Shown: positions 29,550 through 43,580, numbered from the stretch's first letter. The stretch is 64,000 nt of DNA from Octopus vulgaris (GCA_951406725.2 OX597819.1:122016001-122080000); one strand, 5' to 3'. A program made the numbers and translations. The notes: generated from the letters alone by a model not told the origin.

Positions 29550-29897
29550 ATTTCAGCTCATAGCTGTGGCCATGCTGATGCATCGCCGTTAGATGGGATT
29601 TCACCTAGAAAGTTACTCTCCCAGGCACAAGTCCGAGCAACGTTGTTTATGGAAGACCAGCAGTCGCCCATGCATACCGGCCTCCCCTCTCTACGCCACC
29701 AATGTTATCCAAGGGAAAGGCAAAGGCCGATACAGCTTGGCACCTGTGACATCGCAATTCATTTCTACAAGTGAGTGAACTGGAGCAACGTGAAATATAG
29801 TGTCTTGCCCAAGAACACAACACGCAACCCGGTCTGGGATTCGAACTCACAATCTCACGATCGTAAGCTCGACACTCTAACCCCCGAGCCATGCACA
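29550..29897 (-). mobile_element. Fourth tRNA-derived SINE family (CORE-like body, RTE-like tail)
   Basis: Minus-strand head gcatggctcggggg...gagttcgaatccc, then gtgttcttgggcaagacact. Confidence 0.65.
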
Positions 29898-30261
29898 TTA
29901 TGTACTTTTTGGTTGTTGTTCTTTTATTTTTCTATTTTATTTTTCATCTTACACTTTTGTTTCTTATGAAAATTTACATTAAAACTTACGGTAAAAAAAA
30001 TTATGACTAATTATTTTATTCTATTTTATTCTAATTCATTATTGATTCTACTGTAATTAACTTTTAATCACATTTATCTACTTTATTTTTATTTTTATTA
30101 TGTTTTTGTTCTGTTCTGTATGTTCCAAATATGTTCTACTATATGTAAAGCGTAGAAGCTTACCAAATACATCAAGTGTTTGGTCATTTTATTGGGAAAA
30201 CCTCTCTTAACGCTCCTGTGGTGCGGTTGGGTATCTCATATCTCAGTTGATGTTTGTATAT

Positions 30262-30680
30262 ATATTTCTTTACTGCCCACAAGGGGCTAAACATAGAGGG
30301 GACAAACAAGGACAGACAAAGGGATATAAGTCAATTATATCGACCCCAGTGCGAGACTGGTACTTTATTTATCGACCCCGAAAGGATGAATGGCAAAGTC
30401 AACCTCGGCGGAATTTGAACTCAGAACGTAGCGACAGATGAAATACCTATTTCTTTACTACCCACAAGGGGCTAAACACAGAGAGGACAAACAAGGACAG
30501 ACAAACGGATTAAGTCGATTATATCGACCCCAGTGCGAGACTGGTACTTAATTTATCGACCCCGAAAGGATGAAAGGCAAAGTCGACCTCGGCGGAATTT
30601 GAACTCAGAACGTAACGACAGACAAAATACCGCCAAGCATTTCGCCCGGCGCGCTAACGTTTCTGCCAGCTCTCCGCCTT
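30262..30680 (-). mobile_element. SINE family A, head plus two tandem units
   Basis: Two consecutive units of about 184 bp, one head. Confidence 0.85.
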
Positions 30681-30739
30681 TGATGGTTGCATATATGTAT
30701 CTTACATCTGGCAGCAGTGACAGTACTATCCATCCATGA

Positions 30740-31090
30740 TCGCGGTCGTAGGATCGCGGTTTCGATTCCCAGACCGGGCGTTGTGAGTGTTTATTGAGCG
30801 AAAACACATAAAGCTCCATGAGGCTCCGGCAGGGATGGTGGTGATCCCTGCTGTACTCTTTCACCACAACTTTCTCTCACTCTTACTTCCTGTTTCTGTT
30901 GTGCCTGTATTTCAAAGGGCCGGCCTTGTCACTCTCTGTGTCACGCTGAATATCCCCGAGAACTATGTTAAGGGTACACGTGTCTGTGGAGTGCTCAGCC
31001 ACTTACACGTTAATTTCACGAGCAGGCTGTTCCGTTGATCGGATCAACAGGAACCCTCGTCGTCGTAACCGACGGAGTGCTTCCAATCCA
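30740..31090 (+). mobile_element. SINE family C, 5'-truncated
   Basis: Near-identical to 9907-10257. Confidence 0.85.
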
Positions 31091-31449
31091 TCCCTGTAAT
31101 TTCTCGGCACACTCCACTCAGTTAATGCACAGCTCTTATTCAGTTACTTGCTGAGTGATAAGAAGTGTACACACGTGTTATTTGTGTCTGGAGTTTCGCA
31201 TGCCTCCCATACACACATTAATTATTATGGGGTATAATAATAATTATACCACGTTATAAAAATTATAAAGTGGTATAAAAATTATACCACATTTTTATGT
31301 GGTATAATAAAAATATAAAATTAAACATTTTTATTATACCACACCATAATAAAAATGTATCTATTAACAAGTACATTTTTGTTTCCTTTTCTTTATTATT
31401 GTTTATATTACTTGTTTATTTTTATATTGAAAGGTTGATTATTTCTCGC

Positions 31450-31945
31450 ATAAGACAATATATTATTGATCCTTTAGAAGAAACAGATGAAGCTTTTGAT
31501 GAAGATGAACATCAAGCTACCAGGAACACCGGAAAACAGTTTATAGGCAAAATTAATAAAACAATCTGGAAGGAGGTCCCCCATGTCTTCCACGACGCAC
31601 ACGTTCTCACAACACATATCAGGATTCACCAGGACCTAGAGGAGCAGCAAAACATGTGTATGCTGTAAATGACTGCTGGTCTTTGCTTCTCACACAAGAA
31701 CATCTGAATGAATTAGTAGCTTGCACTAATATCGACATTGGCAGTAAACAAGAAAAATATAGAGATCAGTCAAAAGCGAGACAGACCAATGAAAGGGAGA
31801 TGAAAGCTGCAATAAGACTGCTTTATCTGTTAGGAGTTTTTAGAGGTAACGGAATGAGTATGGAAGATGTTTGGGCTACCGATGGGAGAGAAATTGATAA
31901 TTTTCCGGTAACTATGTCTTTGCAGCGATTTCGTTACGAGCAATG
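31450..31945 (+). pseudogene. piggyBac transposase N-terminal fragment
   Basis: CWSLLLTQEHLNELVACTN...TNEREMKAAIRLLYLLGV...MEDVWATDG...FPVTMSLQRF matches the piggyBac IVxxTN...ExxAFxGLL...W...TMSxxRF pattern; frameshifted and truncated. Confidence 0.85.
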
Positions 31946-32039
31946 TTTTCTTGCAGTGAATTCGGAGGCGGTGCTGTCTCAAAAAATTAACCTTAAACAG
32001 ACAGATCCCTCCCCTAATATCAACGTCCAAGCTCGTCAT

Positions 32040-33671
32040 GTCTCAGTGATTACAGAGTAAAATACAAACCGAAAACCTGTCACCAAGAATATGAAGGACC
32101 GCGTACGTGAACGATGAACTAGATTCGATACAATATTTCAGCTACTGGTTCAAATCTTTCCGAAACACAGGAGCTGGAAGTACCCCACAACCGGAATATT
32201 CCAACAGATGGCCATCTATTCACGTCATCAAATAACCAAAAGAAAAAGAATGAAAAATAGTCAAGGGGAGATAATAAAGTAAGTCTCAAGGCCTTCTATC
32301 CTGCCATTTATTTCCTCACAAATAAATCTAATACTGTACAAACCAACTTAAACGGGAGCCAGAAACACCTTGAAGTAAGATCCTACATAGACAGTAACAA
32401 ACTTGCCAACGTCAGAAGAAACATTATAGAAAAGAAATTACTATCTGAATTAGAGATTGTCCAAATTAAACAATCAGTAAAGGATAAAACGAACGCAGTT
32501 TCAGCTTAAAGAAGATACTGCAGGGGAAATAATTATAGATCAACCCAGGCCTGATGAAAATGCAATAATGATTAAAATGGATAATGTAACTGATAAGCAA
32601 AGTGAAATACTCTCTAAATCAAATATAAACACTAAAAATTTGCCATTCTAATCAAAACCTGGAAGTAATTGGTAAAATTCGCCTTGCACTTAAAGATATA
32701 ATTTCAGCTGATGACGCTTACATTACAGATCTCAACCAACTGTATTATGCATCCGCGAAAATATCAATGATTCTATGTGGTGAAAAGATTAAAAAAAGAC
32801 AGCATTCTCACAAAAAGCCTACTTGACAAGAGCATAGTCAACATCAAATTCGGCTATTTAGGTCTGACGTAGATTGCTTAAAAATACTTAAGTTTGACAA
32901 AACTAAAAAGCTAACAAAAATCCGAACATTAAAGAAAATATATGATATGAAAACAATATTTAACGTCGAAACTATCAAGCAAAAGGTATGTGCTAAAGCT
33001 GCCTGCATAGAAAGATATGAAAGCGCGTTAGATTCTTCAAGGAAAACAACATATCCAAAAATAACCAAAAACTCTTTTTACAGGAAGATAGGGAAAATAC
33101 CAGTTACAGTAAAATCTGCCCCATAAAAAGAAGAAGTGCAGGAATTTTGGAATACAATTTGGGCAGAAGAAAAAACATACAATATAAAGACTCCTTGGAT
33201 TGATAGAGTATCTACAGAAATGGACTCCTTAGAAGAGCAAAAGTGGGAGGGTATCAAGGTAGAGGATGTATGATCTGCTCTCAGGAAGTCAAGCAAATGG
33301 AAGTCTCCAGGGAAGGATTAAATTCCTAGCTTCTGTTTGAATGCCTTCCCAGAGAGCCATGAACTGCTAACAAAACTTCACAACAATGTTTTGCAACAAC
33401 CTAATATGATTCCCACTTATCTACCAAAAACAAAAATGAAGAAACAAATGAACCAATAAATTATAGACCAATAACCTGCTTAACAACAATGTATAAAACA
33501 CTAACATCTGTCTTAACTGAATATACCTACAGTTTCTTTTTAATAGAAAGTTGCATATTCACTAATGAGCCAAAAGGATGTAAACGTGTGTCCTATGGTT
33601 GTACAGATCAGCTTCTCACCAATAAGATTGTTATAAACGACACAAAAACTTGTCAATAGCCTGGATAGACT
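32040..33671 (+). pseudogene. R4/Dong-like non-LTR retrotransposon ORF remnant (runs into the gap)
   Basis: NNQKLFYRKI...EEVQEFWNTIW...WKSPGKD...NYRPITCLTTMYKTLTS...KGCKRVSYGCTDQLL; multiple stops and frameshifts. Confidence 0.85.
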
Positions 33672-33771
33672 NNNNNNNNNNNNNNNNNNNNNNNNNNNNN
33701 NNNNNNNNNNNNNNNNNNNNNNNNNNNNNNNNNNNNNNNNNNNNNNNNNNNNNNNNNNNNNNNNNNNNNNN
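33672..33771. other. Assembly gap (100 N, true size unknown)
   Basis: Run of exactly 100 n. Confidence 1.
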
Positions 33772-34522
33772 TTAATGTATGTCATTCGACTCTACAGTTT
33801 TGATGAATACAACATAAGAATGAGAATACAACATAAGTCTTTTGATGAATACAATATAAGCATGAGAAACCAGATCGCCGAGGAAAGGTAACATACATAC
33901 GTTCAGAATATATATTCGGTATGCAGTATTAACACAAAGCGCGACGAGCCACCATCGTGGCCCAGATACATGTATTTGAATTATGGGCGTTTGTTGGGGT
34001 ATAATGTCAATCAAACGCTCCGATACCCCCCCCGCTCCAGAATGCAAGAGGACAAACAATTCAACTAATAACTTTTGAGATTATGCAAAACATGCCACCA
34101 TTATATACGAGGGAGATATTTCAACTATTTTTCGTTTTTCATGTGTGCATGGTAGTCTCCTTTTCATAAATTGTGCCCAGCAGTCCATGCTGTGTAATTG
34201 CAAATATAAAGCACTTTATGGATTAAAAAAAAAATATGGTTGCAGTGCAACAGTCTGAATATTTTGCACCCTCTCCCCCACCACTCATTCTATTTCTCTG
34301 TGTTCCTAGATTCTGGTGGCTACCACAGCAAAGGTGGGCAAGGTAAATGTCCTGTCTTGACGTGGTCAAAGCGCTACAGTCGCTGCTAATCAGTGCGTAT
34401 AATTGATGCCGTGAGGACTGCGAAGTTATTGGGGACGAATAACATACATTAATAATATGCAGTAATTCCTTCTTATTTCGTCTTCCACTACTGTGAACTA
34501 CTTTCATAGTATTATCTAGCAT

Positions 34523-35725
34523 AAAGACAGCGAGCTGGCAGAATCGTTAGCACGCCGGGCGAAATGCTTAGCAGTATTTCGTCTGCCGCTACGTTCTGAG
34601 TTCAAATTCCGCCGAGGTCGACTTTGCCTTTCATCGTTTCGGGGTCGACAAATTAAGTACCAGTTACGCACTGGGTCGATGTAATCGACTTAATCTGTGT
34701 GTCTGTCCTTGTTTGTCCCCTCTGTGTTTAGCCCCTTGTGGGTAGTAAAGAAATAGATATTTCGTCTGCCGTTACGTTCTGAGTTCAAATTCCGCCGAGG
34801 TCGACTTTGCCTTTCATCCTTTCGGGGTCGATAAATTAGGTACCAGTTACGCACTGGAGTCGATGTAATCGACTTAATCCGTTTGTTGTCCTTGTTTGTC
34901 CCCTCTATGTTTAGCCCCTTTGGGGCAATAAAGAAATAGGAATCGTTAACACGCTGGGCTTTGCGGAATTTCGTCCGTTTTTTTAGTTCAAATTCAGCCG
35001 AGGTTGACTTTACCTTTTATCCTTTCGAGGTCGATAAATTAAGTATCAGTAAAACACTAAGATCCATATAATTGACCAGATCCACAACCAAAATCTCAAG
35101 CCTTGTGCTTTTAGTAAAAAAAGGACTATTATTATTATTTTTAAGGCGACCAGCTAACAGAGTCGATAGCACACTGGACGAAATGCTTAGCGGTATTTCG
35201 TCTGCCGTTACGTTCTGAGTTCAAATTCCGCCGAGGTCGACTTTGCCTTTCATCCTTTCGGGGTCGATTAAATAAGTACCAGTTACGCACTGGGGTCGAT
35301 ATAATCGAGTTAATCCGTTTGTCTGTCCTTGTTTGTCCTCTCTGTGTTTAGCCCCTTGTGGATAGTAAAGAAATAGGTATTTCGTCTGCCGTTACGTTCT
35401 GAGTTCAAATTCCGCCGAGGTCGACTTTGCCTTTCATCCTTTCGGGGTCGATTACATAAGTACCAATTACGCACTGGGGTCGATGTAATCAACTTAATCC
35501 GTTTGTCTGTCCTTGTTTGTCCTCTCTGTGTTTGGCCCCTTGTGTGTAGTAAAGAAATGGGTATTTCGCCCGTCGCTACGTTCTGAGTTTAAATCTGGCC
35601 GAGGTCGACGTTGCCTTTCATCCTTTTGAGGTCGATAAACTAGATACCAGTTGAGTACTTGGGTCGATGTAATCGACTTACCCTTACACCGAAGTTCCTG
35701 GTCTTGTACCAAACTTTGAAACCAA
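34523..35725 (+). mobile_element. Cluster of two SINE A multimers (each head plus 2-3 units)
   Basis: Heads at about 34523 and 35143, each followed by tandem units. Confidence 0.85.
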
Positions 35726-36493
35726 TATTTTCTAAACTATTATATCACAGAAAATTCTTAACTATAACGCCCATTGTTTCCTGAACCGTGTTCCATTAAA
35801 TCATTTATACGTCCGCATTTATATAAAAACGATACGGGTTAATAAAATACTTGGAAACTCAGTAAATATTAGTTAAGGTTTGCCATATCTGAACAGTCAA
35901 CTCTACACACCCAGACATATATACAACACTCCTATAAAACAAGACCATCCTATTAAAGTACTTTCTTTTCCATTCAACCTAGACAAACATAAAAACAAAA
36001 GTCATGAACCGAAAAATAGCTGTGATAGTATGTTTTCAACTTAATGGGACAGTCCCATGAAAATGAAGAATGCTGTTATTTAGCCCTAAGAAACATCGTT
36101 TCCTGTTGGACTGGACACATTTCCTGTTTTCAAAGTGAAGAAAAGCACCTTCACCCAGCAAAGCCAGTTTTAGTCATTGCTCATCATCAGTCTGGAGTAG
36201 TATGGCCTGCTTGTTGTCGATGCCCATCCGCCCATGAAAACCTACATATTTCAAGTGAAAACAAGCACCTCGGGCCCAGAACATCGTCTGAAATAAGGCG
36301 CATGCGTTGAGTGAGTAACTGTTCCGCCTTCGTTGAGTCTACCTTGCCTACCCTTACAGATGCAAACACCAGAATCTGGGGACATATAGTAAGAGAATAG
36401 ACACCGATTCAGAGAGTGCAAAGTATTCGGGTTGTCACACTGTACCCGCATTCTTTATCGCTGCGGATCGGAATGTGCAATAATAAACAGTAT

Positions 36494-37500
36494 TGTTTGT
36501 TACCACTTCAACGTGGGCCGTTCTGTACGGCACTACGTTACTACCATTTTTGTAACCCCAGGAAGACATCTCCTGCTGCTGGATAACGACAAACCTGTGT
36601 CCGATATATTGCGAGCAGGGGAGCGAACTCCTACCCTCTAGCGGTTTGACAGGATCAGTAGCCCAGTCTGGTTTCAGGGTATTTACCCTCGTCAGTATTG
36701 GACACCTGTCTGCTAGATATGGCAGTCGTTCGTCCTAGCTCGCAATATATGTTGGATTAGTGCGTAATCATTGCAGCTTTTTTTCAAATTTTATTCAACA
36801 AAAACAATAACATGTAACAAAAACATCTTTAAATGATTATTCCGGAGCATATTCACCATCTACTTCAATTACTGCTTCCCATTTGCTTGACAGACTTGTC
36901 AGACCGTCATTTAAAAACCTTTTTATTAAACATTTCGTTTGGGGATTTGGTTTGCAAGATTCATTATATGAGTTCGTGTGTTGAAGCATATTCTATAGTG
37001 TCTGGGGAGAGTCATTTTCTTTTTGTGCCTTATAATTTAACACACTCACCGGTAAAATTTCCACTTATTCCTTATTTTTATTGTCCTAAAATTTTCGTTG
37101 CGTCTTGCAACCTTTTCAATAGTCAAAACTATTGAAAAGGTTGCAAGACGCAACGAAAATTTTAGGACAATAAAAATAAGGAAAAAGTGGAAATTTTGCC
37201 GGTGAGTGTGTTACATAATAAGGCACAAAAAGAAAATGACTCTCCCCAGACACAATAGAATTATTAAATATTGTTATTGCTTTTGTTGAATAAAACTTGT
37301 TGAAAAAAGCCGCAATGGTTATGCACCAACTCAAGAGAAAGATAAGCGATATTCAGCCGCTGATCTTGCAACAAGCAGAGTAGCTAGTTCTAAAAGCTTT
37401 ATAAGACATGTAAGTAGTAACAAAGCTGGAGGAGATGTCATCCTGGGGTTAAAAAATGGTAATCCCATATGGAACAGCCACGTTGAAGTGGCAACAAACA
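36494..37500. repeat. Nested inverted repeats: old degenerate fold-back arms enclosing a near-perfect palindrome of about 270 bp (36992-37260)
   Basis: Outer tgtttgttaccacttcaacgtgg / ccacgttgaagtggcaacaaaca; inner gtgtctggggagagtcatttt...agt caaa act...aaaatgactctccccagacac. Confidence 0.85.
37129..37165 (+). ncRNA. Minimal hammerhead ribozyme, U3-A8 variant; mirror copy on the minus strand at 37086-37122
   Basis: CTA-TTGAAAA-G-GTTGC aagac GCAAC-GAAA-ATT-T-TAG; C3-G8 replaced by compensatory U3-A8; palindromic AATT stem III. Confidence 0.55.
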
Positions 37501-37513
37501 TTTTTCAGTATTG

Positions 37514-37713
37514 TTACTCTTTACTCTCTTTTACTTGTTTCCGTCATGTGACTGTGGCCATGCTGGGGCAACGCCTTTAGTCGAGCAAATCGATCCCAGG
37601 ACTTATTCTTTGTAAGCCCAGTACTTATTCTATCGGTCTCTTTTGCCGAACTGCTAAGTGACGGAGACGTAAACACACCAGCATCGGTTGTCAAGCGATG
37701 CTGGGGGGACAAG

Positions 37714-37764
<51 letters not shown>

Positions 37765-37930
37765 GACGGTCTTCTTTCAGTTTCCGTCTACCAAATCCAC
37801 TCACAAAGCTTTGGTCGACCCGAGGCTATAGTGGAAGACACTTGCCCAAGGTACCACGTCAGTGGGACTGAACCCGGAACCATGCGGTTCGTAAGCAAGC
37901 TACTTACCACAGAGCCACTCCTACGCCTAC
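37514..37930 (-). mobile_element. SINE family B
   Basis: Full-length reverse-complement copy; others at 39036-39460, 40030-40795, 42815-43535, 43951-44382, 51060-51765, 62635-63010. Confidence 0.85.
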
Positions 37931-38357
37931 TTACATTATACTTGTTGTATAATAAAGTTTTGACCGCTTCACAGAAACATGAAACTGAAGAAATATGTCT
38001 TGTGGGACGCTCTCGTCATCCGGTCAACTACCTTTGTGTCAGAGTTTGTCGTTCCCCCACACCGCATGACACTCGGTGTTGGTTTGTTTACGTCCCCGTA
38101 ACTTGGCGTTTCTGCAAACGAGACTGATAGAATAAGTATCAGGATTTATAAATAAGTACTGGGGTCGACTTGTCCGACGAAAACCCTCTTCAAGGCGGCG
38201 CCCCCTGCATGGCCGCAGTCCAGTGATTGAAACAAGTCAAAGACGAACCACAAGAGATCGATCCCGTGTAGAGATTGTTAAAAGTTTTCAATCAAAGCTG
38301 GATCTTAACAATCACCATAGAGTTGGTACGAGAAGAGGAAACGAAATCAAAGTTTAA

Positions 38358-38740
38358 AACAAGACCACTCAGGGAGTGCAAACCTCCGCCAAGGCAACAT
38401 CAATGTCCTCTCAAAGATTAGCCGGAGAGGATTTTTAAAATGGGAATATCTGAAATAAACTCGACTGCTATCACAAACGAGGATACTAAAAATGAACCCG
38501 ACCGCTCTCAAAAATTAAATAAAATAAATAAAAAAATAAAAAAACAGGAAAAATAATTTAGAATCCTTGTCCAGTACCGGATCATCTCAAAATCTAATCA
38601 GTTCATGCCAGCCACGAGGCCAAACATCTCTGAAAGTTTCATTCGTATCCACCCAGCGGTTCTTGAGATATCTTGTCCACGGACAAACAAACAAACACGA
38701 CTGAAAACAATACCTCTGCCTTCGCTAAGGCAGAGGTAAT
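38358..38740 (+). mobile_element. Non-autonomous Helentron/DINE-1-like element
   Basis: Subterminal acctccgcc near the left end and terminal stem-loop acctctgcc-ttcgctaa-ggcagaggt, (aaac)n near the end, no TSD; fragment of the same end at 2558-2610 (minus). Confidence 0.55.
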
Positions 38741-38759
38741 AAGTGGGACAACATCTCAG

Positions 38760-39233
38760 ATCGAGAAACCCATGACGGCGATAACGACGACGTGAGCCAT
38801 CAAGCTTCTTGGTGGTGTATGTATGGTTGGAGCAGTTACGAAGTTATAACTGGAGAATGGTGGGAAGATTTACAGGTGATGTCATCTACGCACGGGACTG
38901 TGTGTTTGTGCAGGTGTGAAAGATCGCATCGGTAAAGATTGAAAATGAAAGAATGACAGAGAGGTACTTCATTTGAGAAAAAGCAAGTTCTGGAAGTGTT
39001 GTACTTAGTGGCCTGACAGGTTGTTCCTTAAGGAGTTACTCTTTTACTCTTTTACTTGTTTCAGTCATTTGACTGCGGCCATGCTGGAGCACCGCCTTTA
39101 GTCGAGCAAATCGACCCCGGGACTTATTCTTTGTAAGCCCAGTACTTATTCTATCGGTCTCTTTTGCCGAACCGCTAAGTGACGGGGACGTAAACACACC
39201 AGCAATGCTAGGGGACAAACACAGACACACAAT

Positions 39234-39302
<69 letters not shown>

Positions 39303-41200
39303 GACAGGCTTCTTTCAGTTTCCGTCTACCAAATCCACTCACAAGGCATTGGTCGGCCCGGGGCTATAGCAGAAGACACTTACTTAAGATGCCACGCAGT
39401 GGGACTGAACCCGCAACCAAGTGGTTGGTTAGCAAGCTACTTACCACTCAGCCACTCCTGGTTGAGTTTTATTTATGAGTAGAGGGTGAAAACCGGGTCG
39501 ATTGTAGCTAGAATAGTTTTGAGTGGGATGTTTTTGTTGCTAAAACCACTGTGAATTTTCTGTATCAGATTTGACAACAGAATAGTTGTTGAGGACGATT
39601 TGAATCCGTGTTGAAATTTCGAAGAGGGATGTGCGGATTAGTAGGGTCGAAGATTATCCTTTCTAGAATATTTGAGGGTTTTTCTTTACTACCCACTAGG
39701 GGCTAAACACAGAGGGGACAAACAAGGACAGACAAACGGATTAAGTCGATTACATCGACCCCAGTGCGTAACTGATACTTAATTTATCGACCCCCGAAAC
39801 GATGAAAGGCAAAGTCGACCTCGGCGGAATTTGAACCCAGAACGTAACGGCAGACGAAATACGGCTACGCATTTCGCCCGGCGTGCTAACGTTTCTGCTA
39901 GTTCGCCGCCTAGGATGGTTGGGCCTAGAAGGGTAAGAGGTCTGCTTAATACCACGTATTTTGGGGTTTTGCTGAACTTCAAAATTCTTCTAAGTTTTCC
40001 AAGTTTCCAGATTCTAGAAATTCAACCGTGTTAGCAAGTAGCTTACTTCCCAACCACACGCTTTCGGGTTCAGTCCCACGACTATAGCCTCGAGCTGACC
40101 AAATCTTTGTGAGTGGATTTGGTAGACGGAAACTGAAAGAAGCCCGTCATGTGTGTGTGTGTTATATAAAGTGTGTGTTTGTGAGTTTGTCACCTCATCA
40201 TCGCTTGACAACCGAAATTGGTGCGTTTACGTTCCTGTAAATTAGCGGTTCAGTGAAAGAGACCGATAGAATAAGTACTAGGCAGAGACGTTAGCAAGCC
40301 GGGCGAAATGCTTAGCGGTATTTCGTCTGCCTCTACGTTCTGAGTTCAAATTCCGTTGTGGTCGACTTTGCCTTTCATCCTTTCGGGGTCGATGAATTAA
40401 ACACCAGTTAAACACTGCGGTCGATGTAATCGACTTAATCCGTTTGCCTGTCCTTGTTTGTCCTCTCTGTGTTTAGCCCCTTGTGGGTAGTAAAGAAATA
40501 GGTATTTCGTATGCCGTTACGTTCCGAGTTCAAATTCCGCCGAGGTCGACTTTGCCTTTCATCCTTCCAGGGTCCATAATTTAAGTACCAGTTACGCACT
40601 GGGGTCGATGTAATCAACTTAATCTGTGTGTCTGTCCTTGTTTATCCCCTCTGTGGGCAATAAAGAAATAAGAATAAGTACTCGGCTTACAAAGAATATA
40701 TCCTGGAGTCGTTTCGTTCGACTAAAGGCAGTGCTCCAGCATGGCCACAGTCAAATGACTGAAACCAGTAAAAGAGAATGAACGAGTAAAAGAATAGGCC
40801 TTAAGTCTTATAACTGTATGTTTATAATTGTGTGTGGCTCTGATGTTTTTCAAACTTTAGATATCGCTAACACAATTTGGGTGTCTGGTTGAAGGTAAGG
40901 GTCAAAATCGTGACCAAGGTGAAAGGTGCGCATTCCCTTTTGTGACCTTTGTGTGATCTCTGGCGATTGATCTTTTATTTAAAGAATAATCTGATAAAAG
41001 TGTTTATTTGGTGATGCAATGTTGGTATGTAATCTGAAACTGTTACTGGTGATACGGAGTGCGGTGAGACAGTTATTAGCAATGATAAGCTTAATTGTTC
41101 TATATATAGCTTCGCCTTTAGCGTTGTAGTTTATCTGAGTTACAGATCATTGCCCGTTTTGTGTCTTTCACCGGATTAATTTCTAATTTTTGTTGGTGTA
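38760..41200 (-). pseudogene. Old Jockey/I-like LINE reverse transcriptase relic fragmented by SINEs
   Basis: Minus-strand SNILERIIF...PHIPL / QHGFKSSSTTILLSNL...KTILATID (39490-39680) and VPCVDDIT (about 38876-38899, YADD-like). Confidence 0.65.
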
Positions 41201-41616
41201 TTTTGGTGCTTGTCTCAGGAAAGGTGAACAAGATGAACTCAGACAAGGTGTGTCAGGGTGAGACAGGTGAGTCTCTGGGTTATTTTGTTTTGTTTTCTTT
41301 AACGACATTTCATCCGTCTTCACGTTCTGAGACAAAATTCCACAGAGGTCGACTTTGCCTTACGTCCCATTTGGTGGGGCGATAAAACAAGTACCAGACG
41401 AGTACTGAGGTCGATGTAATTGACGCCCCACCCCTAAAATTACTGGCTTTGTACCATAATTTGAAACCTGTATTAAACTTGAGGGGACTTGGAATAAGTT
41501 TCAACGAAGAATTAGCGCAAGCTATGTCTAAGTTAATAGCACCAACTGACAGAATCTGTTGAGTCATCTTAAGTCTTGTGACATCATGGCTCACTCAAGT
41601 AGGGAGTTATTGCTTA

Positions 41617-42022
41617 CATCCCCTCCTCACCGTGCTGGGGACGCTGGCAACGGGTAGTGTCAGAGCTATGCCGTCGGGAACTTCGGTTCCTGGTAGGGCC
41701 ACCCAAGGCGGATTGGTCTGACACCGAGTGGTATTAGGGCCACAACCCGGCAGACGGGGCTCTGGTGAAAATCCTCCTCGGAGTGTCTGTTTCGGCAACC
41801 GGCGGCTCCTCGGTCGTTCTGTCTCTGCGTCTGCGGACAATCTGCGGCAAACACGATGTCTCTACATGCGGGATTGTTGGAGACCGCTTGACAAATCCAC
41901 ATATTCACACGAAACTTCTTCCATGAATTCTCAATGGCGAATACAATGCCTCGAGGGTGGTAGAAGAAGCCGACTCAACCCGCCCAGGGTGAATGTCGTC
42001 ACAAGTACGAGTACAAGTAAGT
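41617..42022 (+). mobile_element. Second copy of the short RTE-derived element
   Basis: Near-identical to 26788-27152 with about 30 extra bp; ends acaagtacgagtacaagtaagt. Confidence 0.7.
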
Positions 42023-42888
42023 GGCTTGTCTGGTATCGTTAGGTGATGGAATGTTTTTCTTTTGATTTGTTTAGGAATAACGCCCGACTGTATTCAAAAT
42101 AGAACCGGACATATTGTACAAAAGTAAACCGTGTTCGAATGTTGTTAAGTGTTGTAAGCCTCATTTATATAATTTGGTGGGGGGGGGAGCGTATGACCCA
42201 GGGTTTCAGCATTGGGTGAATTATGAACTAGATGTACATATAAATTATTTTGATTCTTTTGTGAGTAAACTTGTAAGAAGGATAAGCTATCAGGTTTTGA
42301 TAAAATGACAAGGAAACAAGTCTAAGCACGGAAATAGCCAAAATGATTACTTATTCAACACTTAGTTATTCAATACGAACTGGAATGACTAAAACTTTTA
42401 TATTAGGGTGTATATAAATGAAAATGCGTTAACACTGAGTCAATAGAATGATTCTTTTGAGTCTAAAATATGACATTCGACAACCAGTTCGAATTCAAAC
42501 TTTGAGGTTAATATACATATCTATTTATCTATTATTTTCTATAATCTATTCATGAACCCATAAATAACAAAGCACATGCACACAGGAACACATACACAAG
42601 TATATATATATATATATATATATATTATGCAACAGGTTTTGATATTTAAGGACAGAGAGCGAGACAGACAGACAAGGAAATAGGCAGACAATAAGAGACA
42701 TATTGACAGTTTTAAGAGTAAAAAACCGCTCGTGCTGACGAAGCCCTCTTTGTCGTTGAGCACCAAATAGATAAACCTCGCAAAATACAGACCCCTTTCT
42801 CTCTCATATATATATACCTCGGGCCGACCAAAGCCTTGTGAGTGGATTTGGTAGACGGAAACTGAAAGAAGCCCGTCGTATATATGTA

Positions 42889-42926
<38 letters not shown>

Positions 42927-43532
42927 TAAATGAAATAAAACATATGCATATATATAAACATATATGTACGTACCTACCTCTACATGTACATATACACGCA
43001 TATATGAGTACAGGACACCAAAGGGACGTCGAACACAAAGAGAAACGAAAACATAGACACAAACCAAAGAAACTGGACATTTTTTTAAAAACAACAAAAA
43101 AATGGAGTACAGGACAATTAACACAAAGAAAAAAACCTCTTCTTCAGTCGCTATGGTTTCATCTACTCTACGTTTCGAAGGATAAAAGCGAGACGTGTCT
43201 TCGACAAGAAACTTTCCTTCCTGCGAAAAGCAAATCAATTAAAATTCTGAGATCTTTTCGCAGAGGGGTAAAAAATGGTAAAAAAAAATGGTAAAAGAAC
43301 AGGACAGTAACGACAGTACGTGTGTGTGTGTTTGTGTGTCTGTATTTGTTCCCCTAGCATTGCTTGACAACCGATGCTGGTGTGCTTATGTCCCCGTTAC
43401 TTAACGGTTCGGCAAAAGAGACCGATAGAATAAGTACTGAACTTACAAAAGAATAAGTCCTGGGGTCGAGTTGCTCGATTAAAGGCGGTGCTCCAGCATG
43501 GCCGCAGTCAAATGACTGAAACAAGTAAAAGA

Positions 43533-43580
<48 letters not shown>

